Counted from the first letter of the stretch, positions 33,148 through 42,413 are shown. The stretch: DNA of 64,000 bases from Gemmatimonadota bacterium (GCA_009840215.1 VXOC01000310.1:26831-90830); one strand, 5' to 3'. Notes: generated from the letters alone by a model not told the origin. Numbers and translations: made by a program.

Positions 33148-36100
33148 TCAGCTCACCAGCCGCGCGTCCCGGATCGGCTCCAGCCCCTCGCGGACCAGGA
33201 GCTCGTTGAGTCGCCCCACGTCGCGCAGAATCACGATCCCCATTCGCTGAAGCTGTTCGTCCAGCAGCGCCACCAGCCGCAGGAACACCGCACGGGACTG
33301 GTCGGTAGGCCGGTTCTCGGAGCCCTCCACCAGCCCCAGCAGCGCCGCCAGCTTGTTGTTGAGCTTGATGGGATAGTTGAGCGGGTCCTGGTTGCTCCGG
33401 TTCTTCACCTGGTAGATCTCGGCCTCGACCACGGTCAGATTGTCCTTCACCACCACCCCCTGGGCCTCGATTTCGTCGTGGTCGGTCTCCTCCAGCCGGG
33501 CGTCGACCTGTCCCTTGATGTCACGCGACCTGATGACGGCTTCGTTCGCCTCCGAGACCCGGTCCCGGATCTGGATGGCCAGGTCGAAGCGTTCGCGCAG
33601 GTCGGCCACGGTCACGCCCTCCAGGTTCGGATTGATCCGGACCTCGAAGTCCCGCGTCAGCGGCTCGCCGTCGTCTACCGTCATCCGCACCGTGTAGGTT
33701 CCCGGCACCGCCATCGGGCCCATCGGCCGCGCGGCCCACATGATCCGCCCCTCGAAGTCCGTCCACGACGGGTAGCGCAGGTCCCAGCGGAAGCTGTGCG
33801 ACCCCTTCTCCACCGCCGGACTGCCGCCTCCACCCCCGCCGAAGAAGCGCGCGAAGGGACTCTCGTCTTCCTCTTCCTCCTCGTCATCGGCCGTGCCCTC
33901 GTAGCTGCGTACGACCTCGCCCGCCCCGTCGAGGATCTCGATCGTCACCCGCTCCGCGTCCTCGGCCAGGTGGTACCGGAACCGCGCACCCTGGTCGATG
34001 CCGCGGATGGGGTCGACCGGGTCGAAGAGCCAGACGGGAGCCGAAGCGACCTCCGCGCTCATCTGCCTCAGCGGCCCGATGTCCTCGAGCACCCAGAACG
34101 ACCGTCCGTGCGTCCCGATCACCACGTCGTTCTCCTCCACCACCAGGTCGGACACCTGCACCACCGGCAGGTTGAGCGACAGGGGTTGCCAGCGGGCGCC
34201 GTCGTCGAAGGACACGTACACGGTGCGCTCCGAGGCGGCGTAGAGGAGGCCGGGGCGCGCGGGATCCTCGCGCGTGGCCCGGATGAAGTCGTCCTCCGGG
34301 AGACCGCCGACGATCTTCGTCCAGCTGGTGCCGTAGTCCTCCGTCTTCCAGATGTAGGGGCTGCGGTCGTCGTCCACGAGATAGCGGATCCCCGACACGT
34401 AGGCCTTGCCGGGGGTGTTGGGCGACGCCTCGATCGTGTTGATGCGCACGAAGTCGGGGGCGTCCGGCGGCGTGACCGGCGTCCAGTTGAGGCCGCCGTC
34501 ACGGGTGATGTGCACCAGGCCGTCGTCCGAACCCGCCCAGATCACCTCGGCGTCGTGGTAGGAGGGCGCGATGGCGAAGATGGTTGCGAAGGTCTCCACG
34601 CCGGTCTGATCCTTCGTGATGGGTCCGCCCGACGGGCCCATCGTCGCGGCGTCCGAGCGGGTCAGGTCGGGGCTGATCTGCTCCCAGCTCTGACCCTCGT
34701 TCGTGGTCTTCCACACCTTCTGCGTCCCGGTGTAGAGCACGTTCGGGTCGTGGTGCGAGAAGACGATCGGGAAGGTCCACTGCACCCGTTCGACCAGGTC
34801 CTCGGACGACTGTCCCATGGGGTTCTCGGGCCAGACATTCACGGCCCTCCCCTGCCCCGTCGCCATGTCGAAGCGCGACAGCGCGCCCCCGTAGCAACCC
34901 GCGTAGAAGACGTTCAGGTTGACCGGGTTCGGGGCGACGTAGCCGCTCTCGCAGCCCCCCACCGCGTAGTACCAGGTCCGGTCCCCGGGTCCGCGCGCGG
35001 ACATCTGGTTCCAGCCCCGCACCGGGATGCAGGCGGTCGAGTTGTCCTGCTGGCCGCCACAGATGTGGTACGGCGTGTGCTCGGTGGTGATGACGCGGTA
35101 GAACTGGGCCGTGGAGTAGTCCTGGTCGGTCCAGCTCCGCCCGCCGTTGAAGGTCACGTTGGCGCCGCCGTCGTTGGCGTTGATCATGCGGTCCGAGTCG
35201 TCCGGCGCGATCCACAGGTCGTGGTTGTCGCCGTGGGGAACCGGGATCCCGCGCGGGAAGGTCTCGCCGCCGTCACGCGACCGGTAGAACCCCGTGTTGA
35301 GAGCGTACACCACGTCCTCGTCGTTGGGGTCGGCGTAGACGCGCGTGTAGTAGAAGGCGCGCTGGCGCAGCTTGCGCTCGTCGTTGACCCGCTCCCAGGT
35401 GGCGCCGGCGTCGTCCGAGCGCCACACGCCCCCGTCCGGTTCGTGCTCGATCAGCGTCCACACCCGGTTCGGATTCGCGGGTGACACGGCCACCCCGATC
35501 TTCCCGATCGGTCCCTCCGACAGCCCGATGTTGCCGGTGATCTCGGTCCAGCTCTCGCCGCCGTCGACGGATTTCCAGAGCCCGCTGTCCTCGCCCCCCG
35601 ACGACATCCCCCAGGAGCGCCGCCACGCCTCCCATATCGACGCATACATGATGTCCGGGTTGGTGGCGTCGATGCTGATGTCCGCCGCGCCGGCCCTGTC
35701 GCTCCTGTAGAGGACCTTGCGCCACGTCGCCCCGCCGTCGGTCGTCTTGAAGACGCCGCGCTCGGGGTTGTCGGCGGAGTGCTTGCCGAAGGCGGCCACC
35801 CACGCGATGTCGCAGTTTTCCGGGTGAATGCGGATGCGGGAGATGTTCTGGGTCTCCTTCAGACCCACGTGCTCCCACGTCTCTCCGCCGTCGATCGACT
35901 TGTAGGCACCGTCACCCTGCTGGATGTTGCCCCGCAGCTGGATCTCGCCCGTCCCCATGTACACGATGTCCGGGTTGCTTTCGCATACCTGCACCGCACC
36001 GATCGAGGCGCTGCCGATCTGCCCGTCGGTCACCGGACGCCAGTCGAGGCCGCCGTCGGTGGTCTTCCAGAGGCCCCCACCGGTCGTCCCCATGTAGTAC

Positions 36101-36300
36101 TCGAAGGGCCGAGCCGTCGAGCCCGCCGCGGCAATGGAGCGTCCTCCTCGCGGAGGACCCACATTCCGCCAGCTCAGGGAACTCCACAGCTCTTCCGAAA
36201 AGGCTTGCTGGGCCCGGGCCGGAGGAGGGGACAGCGGGACGGTCGCGAGGATCGTGAGGCACAGGGCCGCGACGAATGCGAAACGATGCGGGATACGCAT
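33148..36300 (-). CDS. BNR/Asp-box repeat protein of the VPS10/sortilin-like 'glycosyl hydrolase' family
   Basis: Start moved to the ATG at 36300 (MRIPHRFAFVAALCLTILA.., AAGGAG upstream). There are about 10 Asp-boxes, including SIDGGETW, TTDGGATW, SVDGGESW, SDDAGATW, TRDGGLNW and SFDDGARW. Confidence 0.85.
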   Translation of the reverse strand: MRIPHRFAFVAALCLTILATVPLSPPPARAQQAFSEELWSSLSWRNVGPPRGGRSIAAAGSTARPFEYYMGTTGGGLWKTTDGGLDWRPVTDGQIGSASIGAVQVCESNPDIVYMGTGEIQLRGNIQQGDGAYKSIDGGETWEHVGLKETQNISRIRIHPENCDIAWVAAFGKHSADNPERGVFKTTDGGATWRKVLYRSDRAGAADISIDATNPDIMYASIWEAWRRSWGMSSGGEDSGLWKSVDGGESWTEITGNIGLSEGPIGKIGVAVSPANPNRVWTLIEHEPDGGVWRSDDAGATWERVNDERKLRQRAFYYTRVYADPNDEDVVYALNTGFYRSRDGGETFPRGIPVPHGDNHDLWIAPDDSDRMINANDGGANVTFNGGRSWTDQDYSTAQFYRVITTEHTPYHICGGQQDNSTACIPVRGWNQMSARGPGDRTWYYAVGGCESGYVAPNPVNLNVFYAGCYGGALSRFDMATGQGRAVNVWPENPMGQSSEDLVERVQWTFPIVFSHHDPNVLYTGTQKVWKTTNEGQSWEQISPDLTRSDAATMGPSGGPITKDQTGVETFATIFAIAPSYHDAEVIWAGSDDGLVHITRDGGLNWTPVTPPDAPDFVRINTIEASPNTPGKAYVSGIRYLVDDDRSPYIWKTEDYGTSWTKIVGGLPEDDFIRATREDPARPGLLYAASERTVYVSFDDGARWQPLSLNLPVVQVSDLVVEENDVVIGTHGRSFWVLEDIGPLRQMSAEVASAPVWLFDPVDPIRGIDQGARFRYHLAEDAERVTIEILDGAGEVVRSYEGTADDEEEEEDESPFARFFGGGGGGSPAVEKGSHSFRWDLRYPSWTDFEGRIMWAARPMGPMAVPGTYTVRMTVDDGEPLTRDFEVRINPNLEGVTVADLRERFDLAIQIRDRVSEANEAVIRSRDIKGQVDARLEETDHDEIEAQGVVVKDNLTVVEAEIYQVKNRSNQDPLNYPIKLNNKLAALLGLVEGSENRPTDQSRAVFLRLVALLDEQLQRMGIVILRDVGRLNELLVREGLEPIRDARLVS

Positions 36301-36334
36301 GAGAGGCGCTTGCTCCTTACAGAAGGAATCCACG

Positions 36335-36379
36335 ATAGTGTATACTAGACATTACAAAATGTAATGTACACATTACATT
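36335..36379 (-). promoter_or_regulatory. 45-nt AT-rich promoter/operator-like module (copy 3), facing the BNR/VPS10 gene
   Basis: Minus-strand read: aaTGTAATGtgtaCATTACAttTTGTAATGTCTAGTATACActat. The -10-like TATACA ends about 38 nt before the ATG at 36300. Confidence 0.5.
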
Positions 36380-36479
36380 TTCGGCCTGAGGGCCAAGTTG
36401 AGACTGCCGATGGGAGTCGGTGAAGCCTGTCGCGCTCGGCGGGGTCACCGCCCGTTTGCCGGGAGCGTGGCACGCGCCG

Positions 36480-36953
36480 CTAGCGGCCCAGGAATCCGAT
36501 CGTAAAGCTCCGCCCCCCGTTGTCGTCCGGTCCATTCCCACCCTGGCCGAATTCCCCCCCGAAAGCCGCCAGCGCCAGGAGACCGATACCCCCGAGTATC
36601 CCCACACCCAGCAAGGCGCTCTTGCCCCCGGAGAACTCGCGAAGCTCGATCGATACGACCTCGTCGCGGCCGACCCGGTACACGTTCTCCTGAACCAGCT
36701 CCTGCAGGGCACCGAAGTATCGGCGGCTCTGTACCTCGAGGACGATGGTGTCTCCCACCGAAAGCACCGTCCCCTCGACGGACACGGTCGGAGGCGGCGC
36801 GTTGGGATTGGAGACCGCGGACCGAACCGGGACGTGCACCCTGGCCACGGACCCGGGCGCGGGCGACTCGACAGGCAGGTAGGTGTGGCAGCCGGCCAGG
36901 AGCAGCGCGCCCAGCGCGGCCGCCGTGCCGCGCAAGCACCGCATGACGCTCAT
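36480..36953 (-). CDS. hypothetical lipoprotein
   Basis: Internal ATG gives MSVMRCLRGTAAALGALLLAGC (lipobox) with a Gly-rich hydrophobic C-terminus. The start overlaps the upstream stop by 1 nt. Confidence 0.6.
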   Translation of the reverse strand: MSVMRCLRGTAAALGALLLAGCHTYLPVESPAPGSVARVHVPVRSAVSNPNAPPPTVSVEGTVLSVGDTIVLEVQSRRYFGALQELVQENVYRVGRDEVVSIELREFSGGKSALLGVGILGGIGLLALAAFGGEFGQGGNGPDDNGGRSFTIGFLGR

Positions 36954-37390
36954 CAGAAGGTTACATCCACGTTTTCGGTGAGCCTCTGGTTGAAGACATA
37001 GACATATCGAAAGGGCTCGTCCGGGAAGATCCCTCCGAACCGCGACACCAGGTTCCTGTCGTCCACATCGACCGCCACGTTGACGGCCAGGGTGTCGCCG
37101 GCCAGGGTCTCCGCCTGAACGAACCACTGCTGCTCGTCGGCGATGTTGATCACCGTGTCGATGGGGAGGGTGTGCAGCACGGTGTCGGAGGAAAACACCT
37201 GGACGTGGGTGATGCCCATCTCGTCGACGCCCGCGATGAAGTTCTTGGAATAGATCACCCTGACCTGCAGGCCTGTGTTTTCGCCCTCCATCTCGAAGAA
37301 GATCTGCCTGGGCGTCCCATCCTCGAAGATCGAGCAGGCTCCCGCCAACAGAGCGGCGGCGGCCAGCAGTGCACCGGCAAAGCTTCTCAT
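36953..37390 (-). CDS. hypothetical lipoprotein
   Basis: MRSFAGALLAAAALLAGAC lipobox. 145 aa. It lies immediately downstream of the SusD-like gene. Confidence 0.6.
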   Translation of the reverse strand: MRSFAGALLAAAALLAGACSIFEDGTPRQIFFEMEGENTGLQVRVIYSKNFIAGVDEMGITHVQVFSSDTVLHTLPIDTVINIADEQQWFVQAETLAGDTLAVNVAVDVDDRNLVSRFGGIFPDEPFRYVYVFNQRLTENVDVTF

Positions 37391-37488
37391 GACTTCAAAT
37401 CTGCAAACCCGAGTGAATCCGCGCGGGACGGGCGGACGCGCCGACGAAGACCGCCGGCACGCCCACCCGAAGTTTCCCGCTCAGCCCG

Positions 37489-38835
37489 CTAGCACACCGC
37501 GTAGTCGTTCGCGATGTTCTCGTTGGCCCGTCTCTCGATGATCGAGATGGGCAGCATGACGCCGGGACACTTGACCGCGTCCGACGAGCTCTCCCACGAC
37601 GGTGCCGAGATCCCCCACCGGTACATGTCCGCGAGGCGCAGGCCCTGGAGCAGTACCGTCACGCGGCGCATGTGCTGGAGCATTTCCATGTTGTCGATCT
37701 GGCCGCTGAAGGGCGTCAGCCCGTCCATGGCCCGGATATGGTTGATGTGCTCGGTGAAGGTGGCCTCGTTGCCGCCGGCCAGTGCGTTCTCGGCCAGGAT
37801 GATGTGCATCATCCGCGTGGAAGCCAGCGTCAGGGGCGGATAGATCCCGCCCTTGTCCAGGTAGTTCCCGCCCTTCCACTGGTTCAGCCACTTGATTACC
37901 GAAGGATCGTCCACTTCGTCGATCGGATCCTTGAGCGCGATGCCGTCGATGTCGTTCGCGGCTGTCGCGGTGGCGACCGAAAGGTCGAGCTGGTTTTCCT
38001 TGCGGTCGTTGATCCAGCCCGCCATCGAGTTCGAGGCGCTGGCGCTGGAGTACGTGAGGTTGAAGAGCCAGTCGGCGTCGTTGCCGCCGGCCGCCGCGAT
38101 CACCGCCATGGCGTCGGCACCGGCCTCGGCCGAGTTGACCAGCCCGTTCCCCGAAGGGTTCGGGTTGACGACGTCCCAGATGGCGCGCGACTGCCGCGCC
38201 CGGGCGCGCACCGCCATGGCGTTCAAGGCCATGTCCGCGTCACCCACCTCGTTGAAGCCGGCGATGGCCGTGCTCAGCCGGCTGATCGCGTCGTCCAGCA
38301 CCCTGTGCATGTTCTCCGAGCCGACCGGCGGCGCTGCCTCGGTCTTGTTGGAGAAGGCGAAGTCCTCCTGGATCTCGCCGATCACCATGTACATGATGCC
38401 GGAGTAGAGGTTCGCCCGCGCCAGGTTGGCCTTCATCGCGGCGGAGGGGTTTTCACCCACCAGCGAGTCCACCACCGAAATCGCGAAGTCGCTCATCCAG
38501 CGGCCCTGCCCCATGGCGGGGAACGGGCCGTCGATGAACTCGTTCAGCGGGTCGTCGACGAAGCCCTTGTCCAGGGACAGCCAGGCGTCCCGCGATCCGA
38601 TCCAGCGCAGTTCGTCCGAAGCGACGAGGTACGGCTGCCAGGACTGCGAAACGGAGGAAGACACCAGGGTCAGCGCTCCGTTCACCACGGCGGAAGCCGC
38701 CGCCTCGGTCTTGACGTCGCCCTCGATGAGGTCGTTGGGGTTGCTCACGTCCAGCAGATCGCCCAGGCCGCACGCCGTGAAGGCCAAAGCCGCCACCAGC
38801 GCCGACGCCCGGGTCATGAAAGTCCGTCCATTCAT
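37489..38835 (-). CDS. SusD/RagB-family nutrient-binding outer-membrane lipoprotein
   Basis: Lipobox ALAFTAC. 448 aa and helical/TPR-like. It sits 16 nt downstream of a SusC-type TonB-dependent receptor. Confidence 0.85.
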   Translation of the reverse strand: MNGRTFMTRASALVAALAFTACGLGDLLDVSNPNDLIEGDVKTEAAASAVVNGALTLVSSSVSQSWQPYLVASDELRWIGSRDAWLSLDKGFVDDPLNEFIDGPFPAMGQGRWMSDFAISVVDSLVGENPSAAMKANLARANLYSGIMYMVIGEIQEDFAFSNKTEAAPPVGSENMHRVLDDAISRLSTAIAGFNEVGDADMALNAMAVRARARQSRAIWDVVNPNPSGNGLVNSAEAGADAMAVIAAAGGNDADWLFNLTYSSASASNSMAGWINDRKENQLDLSVATATAANDIDGIALKDPIDEVDDPSVIKWLNQWKGGNYLDKGGIYPPLTLASTRMMHIILAENALAGGNEATFTEHINHIRAMDGLTPFSGQIDNMEMLQHMRRVTVLLQGLRLADMYRWGISAPSWESSSDAVKCPGVMLPISIIERRANENIANDYAVC

Positions 38836-38851
38836 GATCGTTTCTCCTCTC

Positions 38852-39733
38852 CTAGAACGTGACGCGGGTGGAAAGCGTAACCCGCCGCGGCACCGGAATG
38901 CCCCAGCCTTCCGTCGAATCCAGGAAGTTGCAGCTCAGGCCTCCGTTGCAGCGGCCGAGCACGTTGCCCTCCGGGTCCATGCCCGGGTAGTCCCCCAGCA
39001 TGAACAGCTTCAGGTTGCGAACGCCCAGGTTCATGGTCGCCGTCGACAGCCCCCAGCTCTCCACGAAGGAGGTCGGGATGCGGTACACGAGCGACAGTTC
39101 GCGCCACTGGACCCAGTCGGCGTCGTAGATGCCGTTCATGCCGCTCATCGGCGACAGGCCCTCGATCTCCTCCGCCCAGGAAACCGCCGCATCCAGACGC
39201 TGTTCGGCCGAAGACGCGGGGTTGACCATGATGGAATACAGCTCCGCCGAGCGGGGCGTGTTGCGGCCGATGAAGCCGTTGGCCCGGCGGAACATGCCGG
39301 ACAGATCCTGCACCTGGTGGCCGAGCTTGTACTCGAGGAGCGAGTTGAGCTCGAAGTTGCCGGCGAAGGCGATGTTGAAGCCGAAGGAGCCGGCGAAATC
39401 AGGGGTCGGCTTGCCCAGGTAGCTGTCGAGCAGGCCGCTGCCGCAGTTGTGCGACGCGAGCTTGCCGTTGGGCGTCCCGAAGTCGCTGTTGCCGATCGCA
39501 AGCGGCTTGAAGCTGCTGGGATCCCGCGGCTGGCTGAAGTACTCGAGCGCCTGCTGCCGGGTCGGCGCCACGCATTCGCCGCCGACGGGGGCGAGGATGT
39601 TCAGCGGGATCTCCGCGAGATCGCTGCCCGCGAGCTTGGCCCCGAAGAACGCGGCGGGCGCGTATCCGACCGTCAGGAAATTACGATAACGGGGGTATGT
39701 GCCCCCGGTCTTCAGAGGCGGCGCGCCGCCCAT
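38852..39733 (-). CDS. SusC/RagA-type TonB-dependent receptor, C-terminal fragment (after the frameshift)
   Basis: A beta-barrel C-terminus ending ..RRVTLSTRVTF. It continues the upstream ORF in another frame (..YENQEITN / MGGAPPLKTGGTYPRYRNF..). Confidence 0.8.
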   Translation of the reverse strand: MGGAPPLKTGGTYPRYRNFLTVGYAPAAFFGAKLAGSDLAEIPLNILAPVGGECVAPTRQQALEYFSQPRDPSSFKPLAIGNSDFGTPNGKLASHNCGSGLLDSYLGKPTPDFAGSFGFNIAFAGNFELNSLLEYKLGHQVQDLSGMFRRANGFIGRNTPRSAELYSIMVNPASSAEQRLDAAVSWAEEIEGLSPMSGMNGIYDADWVQWRELSLVYRIPTSFVESWGLSTATMNLGVRNLKLFMLGDYPGMDPEGNVLGRCNGGLSCNFLDSTEGWGIPVPRRVTLSTRVTF

Positions 39734-42137
39734 TGTTCGTAATCTCCTGATTCTCGTACGCCGTGTTGGCGAAGACGTTGATCGAAAGTCCCTCCTGCTG
39801 GAGGACGGACCCGCGCAGGTTCAGCTCGATGCCGTTGGCCTGCATCTCGCCGATGTTGTCGAGCTGGGTCTGCGTGAAGCCGCCCGTCACGGGGAACTGG
39901 CGCGCCACCATGACGTCGGTGCCCTTGCGGGTCCAGTAGGTGGCCTCCATCGACCAGCTGTCGTTCAGGAAGCCCATCTCGGTGCCGGCTTCGATCTCGG
40001 TCGACACTTCGGGCCGGAGGGCGTCGTTGCCCAGGTTCGCGGGACGCACGCCGGGCCCCACCTCGGAACCCTGCGACGAGAAGGTCGTGAACTTGTCGAA
40101 GGCGCCCGGCTGCAGCCCTGACTGGCCGATCGCACTCCGCAGACGGAAGGTCGACAGCGTCTCCGAAGTCATGTCCATCGCCCGCATGGGCTGCAGGGAG
40201 AGCGACACCTTCGGGTAGAACGCCGTGCTGAAGTCCGCGCCGAAGGCCGAGTTGGCGTCCCAGCGGCCGCCGATGGTCAGGAAGGCCCAGTCGTCCCAGC
40301 CGATCTGATCCTGCAGGTAGCCGCCGATCTGCGTGACCCTGAGCCACGACTCGTAGGAACCCTCCGAGCCGAGTGCCGAAAGCGTCTCGAGACCCGGGCC
40401 GGGGAAGTCCCGGCCGCCGCCGCCCGCGGACTGCCGCTGGCGGAGGAAGCCCTGCGCACCGAAGAGGAAGGTGTTCTCGATGCGGTCGGTGCTGAGGATG
40501 TAGGACCCCTTCAGGTCCGCGGTGATCTCGCGGCTGCGATCCTCGTTGACGCTCCGGCTGCCGTCGGGTGTGGAGCCCGAGAAGCCGTCCACGTTCCAGC
40601 GGTAGGGACGGAAGGAGACCGCGTCGTCCGAGGTGAAGTCGATGCCGAACGCGCCCGACAGACGGAAGTTGTCGATCGGCGTGTACTCGGCGTTCAGCGT
40701 GCCCGTGAAGTGCTGCGAGTTCACGAAGTTCAGCTGGTACATGTTCTCGCGCAGTGTGGCGAAGGCGGGCTGGCCGTAGAGATTCTGATCATTCGCCAGC
40801 CGCAGCTGCATCATCAGCGCGGACGAGAACACTCCGTAGATGTTGTTGGAGTTGTCCGGGGTGTGGTGCTCCATGTCGGAGAACAGCGTGGTTACGCCGA
40901 TCCGCAGCTTGTCGCTCGGCATCACCGTGAAGTTGGAGGTGATCGAGGCGCGGCGGTTCGTGTCGGTCTCGGGCTCGATGCCCGGGACCGCCTCGAAGTT
41001 CCTCGCGGCGTCGTAGGGGCCGTCCTCGTTGGTCAGGCGGCCGGACACATAGTACTGGAACGACTGGGAGCCGCCCGAAACCGATCCGGAGTAGGCCTGG
41101 CCGATCCCGGTGGTGAGCAGGTCGGGGACCAGGTCGCGCTCGATGGGCGTGAAGGGCTGCACCGAGCCACCCCAGCGCGCGGTCATCCTCGAGATGGCCG
41201 CGGCCAGCCTGTCCGCGTCACCGTCACCCGTGCACCCCGGAGTGCCGCAGGCGCGCCCGGCGAAGTCGGCCATGGGAAGAATCCGGTTCGTCGGCACCGA
41301 GATCCCGGTCACATCGACCTGGGCCGTAAAGCGCGGCGCGCCGATCTGGCCCTTCTTGGTGAAGATCTGGATCACGCCGTTCGACGCCTCGGTCCCGTAG
41401 AGCGTCGCCGCCGCCGCACCCTTGAGGATTTCGATCCGCTCGATCGATTCCGGCGGAATGTCGTCGAGGCGCGACGGGTTGCCCTGGCCGTTGAAGTTCT
41501 GCACGGCCGAGCGGTCCACGCGGATGCCGTCCACGTAGACGATGGGCTCGTTGAGCTGCGTGAGCGAAGCCGAACCGCGGATGCGGATGCGCGCGCCCTC
41601 GCCGGTGTAGCCCGACGACGGAAGCGCGACCACCCCGGGCTCGCGGCCCGCGATGAGCTGGCTGAAGTCACTCACCGGCGCGTTCTCGATCGACGCCGTG
41701 TTGATCGTGGTGATCGTGTTGCCGAGCTTGCGCTTCTCGGTGACGATTCCCGCGCCGGTGACGACGAGTTCGTCAAGCGCGATGGCGGTCGCCTCGAGTT
41801 CGATGTCGAGCTCCGCCGTTCCGCCGGCCGTCACGGTCACGGTCGTCTCTCCCTCGCGGTACCCGACCCGCGATGAGCGGACGGTGTACTCGCCGGGCGG
41901 CACGGCCAGTATGATGTAGCCACCCGAGGCGTTGGTCAGGACACCGAACGAGGTGTCGTCAAGCTTGACCAGGACCGCCTCCAGCGGCCGTCCGGATGCT
42001 GCATCGGTCACGTCGCCGACAATTGTGCCGGTCGTCTGCGCCGATGCGTCCGGCACGAAGGCGATGCCGGCGATCAGGGCCAGCAATAGCCCTCCGGCCC
42101 CAATCCTGGGGCTGGTTCGAAACAAGGTACGCATCAT
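39681..42137 (-). CDS. SusC/RagA-type TonB-dependent receptor, N-terminal fragment (signal peptide, CarboxypepD_reg, plug, most of the barrel)
   Basis: Start at ATG 42137 with GGAGGAGG upstream (MMRTLFRTSPRIGAGGLLLALIAG..). ..TGTIVGDVTDAASGRPLEAVLVKL.. and ..LDELVVTGAG.. are present. The frame stops at 39681, 53 nt into the overlapping C-terminal ORF. Confidence 0.8.
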   Translation of the reverse strand: MMRTLFRTSPRIGAGGLLLALIAGIAFVPDASAQTTGTIVGDVTDAASGRPLEAVLVKLDDTSFGVLTNASGGYIILAVPPGEYTVRSSRVGYREGETTVTVTAGGTAELDIELEATAIALDELVVTGAGIVTEKRKLGNTITTINTASIENAPVSDFSQLIAGREPGVVALPSSGYTGEGARIRIRGSASLTQLNEPIVYVDGIRVDRSAVQNFNGQGNPSRLDDIPPESIERIEILKGAAAATLYGTEASNGVIQIFTKKGQIGAPRFTAQVDVTGISVPTNRILPMADFAGRACGTPGCTGDGDADRLAAAISRMTARWGGSVQPFTPIERDLVPDLLTTGIGQAYSGSVSGGSQSFQYYVSGRLTNEDGPYDAARNFEAVPGIEPETDTNRRASITSNFTVMPSDKLRIGVTTLFSDMEHHTPDNSNNIYGVFSSALMMQLRLANDQNLYGQPAFATLRENMYQLNFVNSQHFTGTLNAEYTPIDNFRLSGAFGIDFTSDDAVSFRPYRWNVDGFSGSTPDGSRSVNEDRSREITADLKGSYILSTDRIENTFLFGAQGFLRQRQSAGGGGRDFPGPGLETLSALGSEGSYESWLRVTQIGGYLQDQIGWDDWAFLTIGGRWDANSAFGADFSTAFYPKVSLSLQPMRAMDMTSETLSTFRLRSAIGQSGLQPGAFDKFTTFSSQGSEVGPGVRPANLGNDALRPEVSTEIEAGTEMGFLNDSWSMEATYWTRKGTDVMVARQFPVTGGFTQTQLDNIGEMQANGIELNLRGSVLQQEGLSINVFANTAYENQEITNNGRRAASEDRGHIPPLS

Positions 42138-42177
42138 GAGTTCCTCCTCCAGTTGTGAGTCTCTTCTCCTAGACACG

Positions 42178-42204
42178 TGATAACGCCCAGTCCTCATATG
42201 TAAT
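42178..42204 (-). promoter_or_regulatory. candidate susC promoter ATTACA-N15-TTATCA
   Basis: Minus-strand read: ggATTACAtatgaggactgggcgTTATCAcgtg, about 40 nt upstream of the ATG. The spacing is the same as in the 45-nt modules. Confidence 0.35.
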
Positions 42205-42413
42205 CCGGGGATTTCCCGGCCAGGGCCAAGCCCGATCCCACCCACCTGCCGAACGGCGACGGCTGACGCGCCGGCCAACCGGAAAAAAGTAAACTGGAAT
42301 GCGGCCATCGGCAACATCTTCAGGGCCGGATTCCCGGGGGCCGCCCCGCTGGACGCTTCCCGTGCGATCCGTGCGGCGACGGGCCGGAATCCCCCACCAC
42401 CCCCGGCCCCGGT

